From Verrucomicrobiia bacterium (GTDB lineage Bacteria; Verrucomicrobiota; Verrucomicrobiia; Verrucomicrobiales; DEV007): a stretch of 64,000 nt of DNA. This document shows positions 54,842 through 64,000 of this stretch, piece by piece. Location of the stretch: NCBI GenBank assembly GCA_020439995.1, contig JAGROY010000218.1, forward strand, positions 2,225 through 66,224, read 5' to 3'. How positions within the stretch are numbered: position 1 is the stretch's first letter; each line of letters opens with the position of its first letter. The notes under the pieces were generated by a model that saw only the letters and a list, made by a program, of their open reading frames with translations, searched no databases and had not been told where the DNA came from. Both the position numbers and the translations under genes were made by a program.

Positions 54842-56374
54842 TCACTCCAGAACGACGTAGGGCAGCAATCCGTGCAATCCTCCCTCGCGGCCGAACCCGC
54901 TTTCCTTGTAGCCGCCGAAGGGGCTTGTCGGATCGAACTTATTGTAAGTGTTCGCCCAGATGACGCCTGCCTTCAATTGCGATGCCATTTTGAATATCTT
55001 GCTTCCCTTGTCCGTCCAGATCCCGGCACTCAGGCCGTAGCAGGTGTTATTTGCCCGCTCGATCGCTTCCGCCGGAGTGCGAAATGTCATCACGCTCAGC
55101 ACGGGGCCGAAGATTTCCTCGCGGGCAATGCGGTGCGATGCCGTCACTCCAGTGAAGAAGCTGGGACGGAACCAGTAGCCGCTGCCGGGAAGCGCGCACG
55201 GGCTCTGGAACAACTCCGCACCTTCCTCGACTCCTGAATCGACCAGTTCACAGATCCGGTTCAATTGCTCGCGCGAATTGATCGCTCCGATGTCGGTGTT
55301 CTTGTCGAGCGGATCTCCGACGCGCAACGTGCGCATGCGGTCACGCAGTCGACGCAACACCTGCGGGTAAACACTTTCCTCTACCAGCAGCCGTGAACCG
55401 GCACAGCAGACGTGCCCTTGATTGAAGAAGATGCCGTTGATGATTCCTTCGACGGCCTGGTTGATTGGGGCATCTTCCATCAGAATGTTCGCCGCCTTGC
55501 CGCCCAGCTCCAGCGTCAGTCTCTTGCCGCTGCCTGCCACTGCTGCAGCGATTTTCTTGCCCACGTCCGTCGATCCAGTGAAGGCGATTTTGTCAATGTC
55601 AGGGTGTTCGACGAGTGCCGCACCTGTCCTGCCAACTCCGGTGATAATGTTCACCACACCGTCAGGCAGACCAGCATCTTGAAAGATCTGCGCCAGGTGC
55701 ATCGCTGTGATCGACGTCGTCTCCGCCGGCTTGAGCACCACGGTATTTCCGCAGGCGAGTGCCGGTGCGATTTTCCACGCTGCCATCATCAGCGGGAAGT
55801 TCCACGGAATGATCTGGCCGGCCACGCCGATGGAGCGCGCCGATTTTCCCGGAAAGGCGTAGTTCAATTTATCCGCCCAGCCCGCGTAGTAGAAAAAGTG
55901 AGCGGCCACCAGCGGAAGATCGACATCACGGCTTTCCTTGATCGGCTTGCCGCCGTCCATGGTTTCGAGAATTGCCAGCTCCCGTGCCCGCTCCTGAATC
56001 ATGCGTGCGATCCGGAACAGATACTTGCCACGCTCGCGCCCGGACATCTTCCCCCACACGCCATCGTATGCCTTTCGCGCCGCTTTCACAGCACTGTCCA
56101 CATCAGCCGCATTCGCCTGTGCGATGCGTGCCAGTGGTTTTTCCGTTGCTGGATTGACCGACTGAAAATACCTGCCCGACTTCGGCCTCACAAACTTTCC
56201 GCCGATGAATAATTCGTAGCGATCCTGGACGGTGACTGACGTGCTTTCCGGAGCTGCGGAGTATTCCCAGGCCGAGCCAAAATCGAGCGCGGGAATGCCC
56301 GGTTGATCCAGGGCAACACTGACAGCAGCGGGCTTCTTCTGCGGGGCTTTGTGAATGGCGGCGCTCTTTTTCAT
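54842..56374 (-). CDS. NAD(P)-dependent aldehyde dehydrogenase family protein
   Basis: 510 aa. [11 protein letters not shown], catalytic Glu (LELGGKA), catalytic Cys ([13 protein letters not shown]), and [15 protein letters not shown]. Confidence 0.88.
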   Translation of the reverse strand: MKKSAAIHKAPQKKPAAVSVALDQPGIPALDFGSAWEYSAAPESTSVTVQDRYELFIGGKFVRPKSGRYFQSVNPATEKPLARIAQANAADVDSAVKAARKAYDGVWGKMSGRERGKYLFRIARMIQERARELAILETMDGGKPIKESRDVDLPLVAAHFFYYAGWADKLNYAFPGKSARSIGVAGQIIPWNFPLMMAAWKIAPALACGNTVVLKPAETTSITAMHLAQIFQDAGLPDGVVNIITGVGRTGAALVEHPDIDKIAFTGSTDVGKKIAAAVAGSGKRLTLELGGKAANILMEDAPINQAVEGIINGIFFNQGHVCCAGSRLLVEESVYPQVLRRLRDRMRTLRVGDPLDKNTDIGAINSREQLNRICELVDSGVEEGAELFQSPCALPGSGYWFRPSFFTGVTASHRIAREEIFGPVLSVMTFRTPAEAIERANNTCYGLSAGIWTDKGSKIFKMASQLKAGVIWANTYNKFDPTSPFGGYKESGFGREGGLHGLLPYVVLE

Positions 56375-56655
56375 GGGAGGAATTCACGCTTATCGGATCT
56401 ACCCCAAAAATCCACCCTTTTAACGGATTGCAGAGACAGCCGAGTTCCAATTCAGGATGTGTACAACATCCGACGCCACCAACAACATGAGGCCCAATTC
56501 CCCACGATCTCTTTTAAAAAGCACTGTCGCGAGGCAAACTTTGTTGCAGTTCTGTAAGAATTGCCTGTTCGGCACGCTAATAATCTGGCAACACAGCTTC
56601 TAGTTAATTTGTGAATCCGCTCGCGGATCGCCAACCAAACCCGCAACCAATAAAT

Positions 56656-59600
56656 ATGAGACCTAGAAAAATGGCCATTGGCCAGATTCTGCTGGCGCCC
56701 GCCCTCCTGGCGTCACTTACCACCGTCTCGTCCTACGCTCAATCTCCCGGCTGGGATATTCGAGAATTGGACCTGACGTCTGCCGGAGGCTTCGAGGAGA
56801 TCAATGATCAGAACGAGGCCGATCGTATTCTGGACGACATCGCAGCAGCCAACATCAGAGTCGAAGGATATCGCACCGGCACGCGGTCAGTGATTGATTT
56901 CGCTGGCGGCGGCGGAACATTCGGAGTGAACAACACCTATCTGGATGGAACCACTGTCAAAGACGACGTTACCATTCGAGCGACAGCCAAAGTCACGATT
57001 CCCGCAGGAACTTGGTCCATTGCTTTCGGAACGGACGATGGCGGTCGCGTTACCGTCCCTGGTGTCGTTTTTTCAGCGCGCTTCAACGCGGATGCTCCCG
57101 CCGCAGGCGCGGAATCGACGGTGATCTTTAACGGCACACGGGGCCACACTTGGACCGGGGGAACATTCACTCTTAGTGAGCCACTCCAGACGACCGTCAG
57201 CGCAGGATTCTTCGAGCGTGGCGGTGGTGAATCCTTCGAACTCGCGGTTCGCGACTCCTCAGCGGGCACCAACGATGCGGTCGATCCGGCGAATGGCTGG
57301 GAGCTGCTAGGAGACGGTACCTTCGGGTGGAGCATCATCAGCAGCAATCTCGCTGCTGCCGAAAACGTCGGCGGCGATGGCCGGGTCGACGTTCAGGGAG
57401 TGAGTGGAGCTCTATCGAATCTCGTCTACAATGATACCATTACTGGAACAGGACTGGCTCAGGAATGGTGGCTGGCTGGAAATCCTGGCACCAAATCTGG
57501 GATGGACGCTGTCTTCAATTCACGCCCTGCGGATGCCACGTTCTTCGGTTCCGATAATGGCGGAACCGGAACCTGGTGGACAGGCGACGGCGGAGAAGTC
57601 ATTCCTGGCGTTCAGGACTATCCGCCCGCACAGCCCTTTGTGGCCGCAGGTGGTAATCTGGAGAACTATCTCGTTCGTCTGACGGGTGAGATCAACATTC
57701 CCGAATCGGGCACCTACAAATTCCGTGACGGAGTGGACGACTATACCTACCTGGCGATCGACCTCAACGGCAACGGCACGATTGACGCTGACGATGGCAA
57801 TGGCCAGAGTGAAGTGCTTATTGACGACAATGCTTGGACCGGACCGGCTACCAATGACAACGGCGGCAGTCCTATTGCCTCTCGCGACATCACAGTGGCA
57901 GAGGGCGGTGCATGGCTCGCCATCGAAGTGAATACTGGTGAAGGCGGCGGCGGAGACGCCGGCGTCCTTTACTGGGACTATGACACAACTGGTGGAGGCA
58001 TCGGTGCTGGCGCAGGCTTTCCGGTAGAACTGACTGACGCGATCGATCTAGCTGCTAATGCCGCAGCGTTGCTCATCCCCGATACCCACTTGCGTGGATC
58101 TTACAAAACCCTCAAGTCAGCGGACTACACCGGCAAACTTGCCCGCAGGGTGGTAGATGAATACGTAACCGACTTTACCCAGAACGGTTATGATGGCACG
58201 GGCGATGGAGGGGATGGAAGACTTGTTGTTGGCAATGGTGTTCTTAAAGGGCTGTTCGCGTTCAATGGAACATCGCCCGGATTTGCCGATGGTACCTTCG
58301 TCGAAAGTGTGGCGAACCTCGGCACGTTCCAGGCAGGCGAGCATGTCGAAGTAACATTCCTTGGTGCCTGGGATGATGGATTCGTCCTTACTCCAGCTCC
58401 CAACTGGGAGATCAACTCCGTTCAGATCTCCAACGGAGGCGACGTGGTGAACACGGACTTTACCGCAGACAACGGTGGCTTCTCGGTTGTGAACAACGGC
58501 AACGTCGCCGGCCCCTGGGTCTACAATTCCGACAAAGGCACCTGGAGCGCCGACGGTGGCGAGGGAGTCGTCAACTCCCGTCTCAGCAAAGAAATCGTCG
58601 TGCCCGCAGACGGTCCGCTGACGCTCACATTTACCCATCGCTACAACTTCGAGGACGATGGAGCAGGCGGAGTCCGCTGGGATGCGGGAGCTGTGTTCGT
58701 TTCGGTGAACGGCCTGCCCTACAACTTTGAGATCGACGGTAGCGCCAAAACTTCAGATGAGCTTGTGCTTACAGGCGACACGGATCCGCAGACAATTATA
58801 AGCGACGACTTTAGCGGCGGTGCTGTGAATTCGACGTTCACTACTGCGAGCGTCAGCGGAACGCCATCGGAAGTGCTTGGTGGTCGCCTTCGCGTGACAC
58901 ACTTAACCGGCAGCAACAACAACTCAGTCGCGTGGGATGCGGTTTCCGTAGGAAGCGTGCAGCAGGCGATACTGGAGTTCGACTGGAATTCAACTGACGA
59001 CGCGGCAAACGCAGCCGGCGGCGGCTGTTGTGATGAAGCTGCCGATGGTTTTGGCATCGGTCTGTTCTCAACTGAGACGAACGGCACAACAGGCGAGGCG
59101 AATCCAACCGTCGCTGGCGCTGACTGGGAGAGTGCTCCTGGAGGAGCTGGGATGCCTTCTGGTATCTCTGTGCACTTCGACTTGTTTGATGGCGGCCCTG
59201 CAAATCCAAATGGCAATAACGTCCGGGTCAACGTGCTCGGGACACTGGCTGCAGATTTTCCTGCACCATTCATGTTGAACAACAATGTCACCCACCGTGG
59301 CATCATAACCGTCACTGACAATGGTGACGGATCAGCGGCCCTGAATGTTTCGATCATCGAAGACGTAAACGGCGCAGGCACCGTGCACAATGTAGCTGAC
59401 ATCCCGCTTGCGGGTGTTGATTTATCCACAGGAGTCCTCGACGGATACCGGATCATCACTGGGGGGCGCACCGGTGGAGCCTTCGTCCAGACTGATCTGG
59501 ACAACATCCGCTATGCAGTGGTTTCCGAACCAGTGGTGACTCCATTCATTGATCTCAATGGTGCTGAGTTCAACGTGAAACTTACCGAAGGTAAGCTTGA

Positions 59601-62184
59601 AGTGGGCGATGTGTTCACTCTGGTAAGCGGCGGTGAGATCATCGGTAGCCTTGGCAAACTGACTCTGCCCGGTGGTCAATGGGACACTTCCGGCCTCACA
59701 GCCGGGGGCGATGGAAAAATCCGCTTCCTCGACGAAGCTCTCAACGGCTGGTCCGTGCGCGGCATCGACCTCACGGATGCCGGTGGCTTTGAGCAGGTGA
59801 ATACTTCCGTCGAGGCAGATGACTTCCTGGCAGACCTCGCTGGATCGAACGTTAACGTCCAGAGTGATGTTACCGTCAACATGGCCGAACTCGATATCGC
59901 TGGTGGCGGCGGGACGTTTGCAGTGAACAATCCCTATCCTAACGGCGTGAATGACGCGAGCATGGACGATGTGATCGTCGAAGCCAAAGCTGAAGTGGTG
60001 ATCCCTGCTGGAACGTGGTCCATCGCATTTGGCTCCGATGACGGTGGCCGGATTACTGTAGATGACATTACGTTTGATTCGAAGTTCAATGAAGATCTCG
60101 ACACAGGGTCCGACACGGTGCGCTTTGACGCGCCACGCGGCCATACATGGACCGGGGGTACCTTCACCCTCGCAGCACCGCTGACGACCACGATCACCGC
60201 AGTCATGTATGAGCGCGGTGGTGGTGACTCTTTTGAGGTTGCCATCCGCGATTCATCCAGTGGCGAAGACAACACTGTCGGCGCTTCTACTGGATGGGTG
60301 CTCGCTGAAAATGGCGCGCTCGGCTGGTCGATTCTATCTTCTCCTGATGGCATCGGTCGCCATGTAGCAGGTCTCGCTCGCATCGGTGATGAACTCGTGC
60401 CTGGAGAGATCCGCAATGAAATCAAGGCAGAGCCGATCACGAAGTCCGGCCTGGCTCAGGAGTGGTGGCTGGGGGCAAACCCTGGCTCGAAAGCCGGCAT
60501 CGACGCCCTCTTCGCGGCTGCTCCGGCTGGTGCCATTTTCTTCGGATCCGACGACGGCGGCACTGGAACATGGTGGACGGGAGACGGTGGTCCAGACGTC
60601 ATCCCTGGCGTTCAGGATTATCCTCTAGCCCAGCCTTTCATCGCTGCTGGTGGCAACCTTGAGAACTATGTGACTCGCCTGACAGGTGAAATCAACATCC
60701 CAGAGTCCGGCACCTACAAGTTTCGCGACGGTGTTGACGACTACACCTACCTGGCGATTGACCTCAACGGCAACGGCACGATTGATGCCGATGACGGCAA
60801 CGGTCAGAATGAAGTCCTCATTGATGACAATGCCTGGACCGGGCCTGCCACCAACGATAACGGAGGCAGCCCCATTGCCGGACGCGACATCACAGTTGCT
60901 GAAGGTGGTGCATGGCTTGCCATCGAGTTCGACACCGGTGAAGGTGGCGGCGGAGACGCGGGCGTCCTTTACTGGGACTATGATACCACTGGTGGTGGAA
61001 TCGGTGCGGGCGTTGGCTTCCCGGTCGAATTGACCGATGCTATTGATCTGGCAACCGACGCAGCTGCTCTGCTCATCCCAGACACCCACTTACGTGGCAC
61101 CCTTACTCCGCCAGCCGGTGGAGACTTCGTGGGTGTTCTCAATCCCGCGATCCCTTACGAGATTGAAGTGGATGTAGCGACGGGTAAAAGTGACCGCTTG
61201 ATCCCCGCGAATCCGAATGCTGAGACCTATTCCACGAACATCGATTTGAACGGTGCCCACCTCGTCATCCTCCCGACGGGAGGTGAAATCGGGGCAGGTA
61301 CCGTGCTCGACTTGTTCGGCGGCGCAACGATTATTGGCGAATACGGAAGCATCACTCTGCCACCCGGAGACTGGGACTTGAGTGGGCTTGAGCCAGGTGG
61401 CAATGGTCAGATTTCTCGTTCTGCAAACCAGGAATTCGAGATCACCCACTTCTCGGTAGCTGCTGACAAATCCGCAGCCACCCTGACTTGGAACTCGCAG
61501 GCAAACAAGACCTACACCCTCCAGAGCGGAAACGATCTTCAGGGCTGGTCGACCGTTGCTTCTGGCATCGAAAGCCAGGGGCTGAGCAGCTCGCTCACGA
61601 TCCCGTTGCAGCCGTTCAGCCTTGGCACTGGCACAGCAGCGCTCCTCGGCGGTGACCTGACCGACCCTGAGAATGACGGCGATCCGGAAGCCGATGTAAA
61701 CTACAACGCCACCTTCAATGCTTCGGAAGAGGCTGCATTTGGAGGCGGAGAATCAGCGTTCAACATCTTCGACAACGAAGTCGGTGGCGGCAATTCGAAG
61801 TGGTGCTGCGGGACGGATGCCTTCCCTCTCTGGGCAGAGGCAACATTCCCTGAGGCTCACGTCCTGACCCACTTCACCGTGGCTTCCGGAAATGACACTC
61901 CCGGTCGTGACCCTCGCGTCTGGGAAATCCAGGGGTCGAACGACGGAGTCACCTACACCACTATCTTCCGACAAGAGGATACGACGGCTGGATTGTGGGA
62001 AGATACTCGCGATGAAGTGCTTCTCTTCCAGGCAGGCATCCACTTCGATACACCTGCGGCCTACACTACGCTACGCTTCATCACATTCGAAACGGGTCTG
62101 ACCACCGGCGCGTTCTACCAGTTGAGCGAAGTCGAGTTCTTCTCCGGAGACAACGGTACCTGGTTCCGTATGGTGCAGGAATAA
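56656..62184 (+). CDS. Giant secreted protein (~1842 aa): two copies of a ~450-aa double-PA14-like unit + beta-sandwich modules + C-terminal F5/8 type C (discoidin) domain
   Basis: The track ORF starts at GTG 56611. I prefer ATG 56656 (MRPRKMAIGQILLAPALLASLTTVSSYAQS).
- PA14-like blocks: IPAGTWSIAFGTDDGGRVTV...FFERGGGESFELAVRD, and LTGEINIPESGTYKFRDGVDDYTYLAIDLNGNG.
- Discoidin-like C-terminus: NIFDNEVGGGNSKWCC...RVWEIQGSNDGVTYTTIF...YQLSEVEFF. Confidence 0.85.
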   Translation: MRPRKMAIGQILLAPALLASLTTVSSYAQSPGWDIRELDLTSAGGFEEINDQNEADRILDDIAAANIRVEGYRTGTRSVIDFAGGGGTFGVNNTYLDGTTVKDDVTIRATAKVTIPAGTWSIAFGTDDGGRVTVPGVVFSARFNADAPAAGAESTVIFNGTRGHTWTGGTFTLSEPLQTTVSAGFFERGGGESFELAVRDSSAGTNDAVDPANGWELLGDGTFGWSIISSNLAAAENVGGDGRVDVQGVSGALSNLVYNDTITGTGLAQEWWLAGNPGTKSGMDAVFNSRPADATFFGSDNGGTGTWWTGDGGEVIPGVQDYPPAQPFVAAGGNLENYLVRLTGEINIPESGTYKFRDGVDDYTYLAIDLNGNGTIDADDGNGQSEVLIDDNAWTGPATNDNGGSPIASRDITVAEGGAWLAIEVNTGEGGGGDAGVLYWDYDTTGGGIGAGAGFPVELTDAIDLAANAAALLIPDTHLRGSYKTLKSADYTGKLARRVVDEYVTDFTQNGYDGTGDGGDGRLVVGNGVLKGLFAFNGTSPGFADGTFVESVANLGTFQAGEHVEVTFLGAWDDGFVLTPAPNWEINSVQISNGGDVVNTDFTADNGGFSVVNNGNVAGPWVYNSDKGTWSADGGEGVVNSRLSKEIVVPADGPLTLTFTHRYNFEDDGAGGVRWDAGAVFVSVNGLPYNFEIDGSAKTSDELVLTGDTDPQTIISDDFSGGAVNSTFTTASVSGTPSEVLGGRLRVTHLTGSNNNSVAWDAVSVGSVQQAILEFDWNSTDDAANAAGGGCCDEAADGFGIGLFSTETNGTTGEANPTVAGADWESAPGGAGMPSGISVHFDLFDGGPANPNGNNVRVNVLGTLAADFPAPFMLNNNVTHRGIITVTDNGDGSAALNVSIIEDVNGAGTVHNVADIPLAGVDLSTGVLDGYRIITGGRTGGAFVQTDLDNIRYAVVSEPVVTPFIDLNGAEFNVKLTEGKLEVGDVFTLVSGGEIIGSLGKLTLPGGQWDTSGLTAGGDGKIRFLDEALNGWSVRGIDLTDAGGFEQVNTSVEADDFLADLAGSNVNVQSDVTVNMAELDIAGGGGTFAVNNPYPNGVNDASMDDVIVEAKAEVVIPAGTWSIAFGSDDGGRITVDDITFDSKFNEDLDTGSDTVRFDAPRGHTWTGGTFTLAAPLTTTITAVMYERGGGDSFEVAIRDSSSGEDNTVGASTGWVLAENGALGWSILSSPDGIGRHVAGLARIGDELVPGEIRNEIKAEPITKSGLAQEWWLGANPGSKAGIDALFAAAPAGAIFFGSDDGGTGTWWTGDGGPDVIPGVQDYPLAQPFIAAGGNLENYVTRLTGEINIPESGTYKFRDGVDDYTYLAIDLNGNGTIDADDGNGQNEVLIDDNAWTGPATNDNGGSPIAGRDITVAEGGAWLAIEFDTGEGGGGDAGVLYWDYDTTGGGIGAGVGFPVELTDAIDLATDAAALLIPDTHLRGTLTPPAGGDFVGVLNPAIPYEIEVDVATGKSDRLIPANPNAETYSTNIDLNGAHLVILPTGGEIGAGTVLDLFGGATIIGEYGSITLPPGDWDLSGLEPGGNGQISRSANQEFEITHFSVAADKSAATLTWNSQANKTYTLQSGNDLQGWSTVASGIESQGLSSSLTIPLQPFSLGTGTAALLGGDLTDPENDGDPEADVNYNATFNASEEAAFGGGESAFNIFDNEVGGGNSKWCCGTDAFPLWAEATFPEAHVLTHFTVASGNDTPGRDPRVWEIQGSNDGVTYTTIFRQEDTTAGLWEDTRDEVLLFQAGIHFDTPAAYTTLRFITFETGLTTGAFYQLSEVEFFSGDNGTWFRMVQE
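56749..58097 (+). repeat. Intragenic duplication, copy 1 (~1.35 kb)
   Basis: GWDIRELDLTSAGGFEEIN ... AAALLIPDTHLRG. Colinear with copy 2. Confidence 0.8.
59745..61097 (+). repeat. Intragenic duplication, copy 2 (~1.35 kb)
   Basis: GWSVRGIDLTDAGGFEQVN ... AAALLIPDTHLRG. The distal ~440 nt are exactly 3000 nt from their counterpart in copy 1 (e.g. the GGT of LTGEIN at 57685 vs 60685). Confidence 0.8.
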
Positions 62185-62216
62185 ACTCTGGGAGAAATCC
62201 CTAGTCTAATTCCGCC

Positions 62217-62255
62217 AACAGGGCGGGAGGCTTGTCCTCCCGCCCTGTTGTTTGA
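62217..62255 (+). terminator. Rho-independent terminator after the giant gene
   Basis: Perfect 14-bp stem AACAGGGCGGGAGG / CCTCCCGCCCTGTT with loop CTTGT, followed by GTTTG. Lies 33 nt after the stop. Confidence 0.7.
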
Positions 62256-62293
62256 AACGACGGCCAACAAACCGTGAAACCGTGGGCGAGGGA

Positions 62294-62321
62294 TTGACTA
62301 ACTCATCAATATCCACAAAAT
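62294..62321 (+). promoter_or_regulatory. Possible sigma-70-like promoter directly abutting the dehydrogenase ATG
   Basis: TTGACT (62294..62299), 16-nt spacer, CAAAAT (62316..62321). The ATG at 62328 would lie at about the expected transcription start, implying a leaderless mRNA. The -10 is weak. Confidence 0.25.
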
Positions 62322-62327
62322 CGCGAT

Positions 62328-63437
62328 ATGGAGACCTGCACAACCGCACAAATCGTCCAGCCTGGCGGTCCAGTGGAACTTCGCCAGATGCCGCTGCCGG
62401 ACATCGAGCCGGGCAGCATTTTATTGAAGACACTTTATAGCGAAGTGTGCGGCACCGATTGCCACCTGCTGCACGGGAAGCTCGAAGGGGTGCCGTATCC
62501 CCTGATTCCGGGCCACGTCAGTGTGGGCGAAATCGCGATTGCCAGAGGAGTCGTCCGCGATGTGGATGGCATTCCTTTTGAAGTGGGGGACAAAGTGGCA
62601 TTTCTCGACGTGCATGAGACCTGCGGGACGTGCTGGTATTGCGCTGTGGCGAAGGCGACCACGCGCTGTCCGGCCCGGCGTGTCTATGGAATCACTTACG
62701 GTGCCGACGACGGGCTACTGGGCGGCTGGAGCAAGTTCATCTACCTGAAGCCAGGCGTGCGCCTGCTACGGCTTCCTGAGAATGTGAGCCCGCTGACGTA
62801 TATCGCTGGCGGGTGCGGAATGCCGACCGCATTCCACGCGATTGAACGGGCCGGCATCCAACTCGGGGACACGGTAGCAATCCAGGGCAGCGGCCCGGTC
62901 GGGCTGAATTCGGTCATTTTTGCCCAACTGGCTGGCGCGGCACGGGTGATCGTCACTGGCTCGCCAAGCCTGCGCCTGGAACTCGCCAGCCGCTACGGAG
63001 CAGATGAGGTCATCGACTTCGCACACACCTGCGCTGAAGAACGCGTCTCCCGAGTGCGGCAACTTACTGGCGGGCGCGGTGCCGATGTCACCATCGAGGC
63101 CTGCGGCAATCCGGATGCCATCACTGAGGGAATGGAAATGACCAGAGATGCGGGGCGCTACGTCGTTGTAGGCCAGTACACCGACAATGGCCCGGCGCAG
63201 GTGAATCCGCACCTGCACATCAACCGCAAGCACCTCGATGTCCGCGGCTGCTGGGGATGCGATTTTTCCCACATCTATCGCGGGCTTTCCCTGATGTCGC
63301 GGTGGGGCCACCATTTCGACTGGCAGGCGATGATCACGAAGACGTACGGACTGGCGGATGCCGCACAGGCACTGGAAGACGTCGCTCAGCTCAAAGTGAT
63401 CAAAGCGGTGATCAATCCGAGTCTGGATGGTGGTTGA
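62328..63437 (+). CDS. Zinc-dependent medium-chain dehydrogenase/reductase (MDR, sorbitol/threonine-dehydrogenase-like)
   Basis: 369 aa. CGTDCH with catalytic Zn Cys. PGHVSVGEI. Structural Zn cluster CGTCWYCAVAKATTRC. Rossmann fold VAIQGSGPVGL. Confidence 0.85.
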   Translation: METCTTAQIVQPGGPVELRQMPLPDIEPGSILLKTLYSEVCGTDCHLLHGKLEGVPYPLIPGHVSVGEIAIARGVVRDVDGIPFEVGDKVAFLDVHETCGTCWYCAVAKATTRCPARRVYGITYGADDGLLGGWSKFIYLKPGVRLLRLPENVSPLTYIAGGCGMPTAFHAIERAGIQLGDTVAIQGSGPVGLNSVIFAQLAGAARVIVTGSPSLRLELASRYGADEVIDFAHTCAEERVSRVRQLTGGRGADVTIEACGNPDAITEGMEMTRDAGRYVVVGQYTDNGPAQVNPHLHINRKHLDVRGCWGCDFSHIYRGLSLMSRWGHHFDWQAMITKTYGLADAAQALEDVAQLKVIKAVINPSLDGG

Positions 63438-63494
63438 CGGCCCGGGAGTGATTTTTTGAGATCGAGCTGAAGCTAGGAATACTTTCCGTGGTTG

Positions 63495-64000
63495 CTAGCC
63501 GCTTTGGGCCAATGTTAGATTTGGATTGATGTCTTCGCTCAGATCCGAACGGTGGCCGCGGGCGAATTTCAGGGAGGCTACGTAGCCGATCATGGCCGCG
63601 TTATCGGTGGTGAGGGAGGCGGAGGGGAGGAGCAGGCGGTGACCGGCTTTATCACAGCGGGCTTGAAGCACCTGGCGCAGGCGGGAGTTGCAGGCGACTC
63701 CGCCGCTTACGGCGAGGCAATTCATTCCGGTGGCGGCGAGGGCTTTCAGGGCTTTGGCGACAAGTACATCGATGACGGCGTCCTGGAAGGAGGCGCAAAT
63801 ATCGGGCAGCCATTCCTGCTCGGGCATCTTTTCGCGCAGCTCGGGAAGCTGGTAAAGGACGGATGTTTTGAGTCCGCTGAAGCTGAAGGCGAAGTCGCCG
63901 CTGTGCAGCATGCTGCGCGGGAAATCGTAGACCTTCGGGTCGCCTGATGCGGCCAGCTTGTCGATCTCAGGGCCTCCGGGGTAGGGGAGTCCTAACATTT
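63495..64000 (-). CDS. tsaD: tRNA N6-adenosine threonylcarbamoyltransferase (Kae1/Gcp/TsaD family). C-terminal part only; the CDS continues beyond the right edge.
   Basis: LGLPYPGGPEIDKLA, FSFSGLKTSV, VSGGVACNSRLR and TDNAAMIG are TsaD signatures. The reading frame is open to the window end. Confidence 0.88.
   Translation of the reverse strand, partial: MLGLPYPGGPEIDKLAASGDPKVYDFPRSMLHSGDFAFSFSGLKTSVLYQLPELREKMPEQEWLPDICASFQDAVIDVLVAKALKALAATGMNCLAVSGGVACNSRLRQVLQARCDKAGHRLLLPSASLTTDNAAMIGYVASLKFARGHRSDLSEDINPNLTLAQSG

Overview
This is a 64-kb chromosomal window, mid-to-high 50s % GC by eye. Its gene content looks like a Verrucomicrobiota/PVC-type genome: a PEP-CTERM protein, autotransporter-associated beta-strand repeats, a lamin-tail-domain + CotH protein, and several LamG/TSP3/PA14 giant exoproteins. 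That taxonomic call is inference, not proof.

Housekeeping genes sit at the edges and in small islands. These are accD-folC, an MSOX/MTOX-type oxidase, a 2OG oxygenase, yjbQ with a SWIM-SNF2 helicase, rnr, a UDPGP-type UGPase, an aldehyde dehydrogenase, an MDR dehydrogenase, and a partial tsaD.

The middle is accessory-like and dominated by envelope proteins:
- Three paralogous membrane-anchored helical-repeat proteins lie around an MMPL/RND exporter.
- An ~18-kb same-strand cluster (23436-41572) is headed by an ECF sigma factor. It is followed by a ~1.8-kaa anti-sigma-like protein ending in a YfbK-type VWA module, a ~2.3-kaa polytopic membrane protein with two huge extracytoplasmic arms, a small Cys-rich protein, and a 1466-aa LamG/TSP3/PA14 exoprotein. 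This is my best candidate for an undescribed system.
- Three further giant secreted proteins of 1072, 1275 (LTD-CotH) and ~1840 aa (the last with a 1.35-kb internal duplication) share shuffled modules.

Other observations:
- An 874-nt non-coding island (9612-10485) carries two sibling units. Each is a conserved 30-mer followed by an intrinsic terminator, which suggests tandem sRNAs.
- There is a frameshifted, truncated IS4-like transposase remnant.
- No rRNA, tRNA or CRISPR array was seen.

All family assignments come from motif recognition by eye, and no database search was possible.
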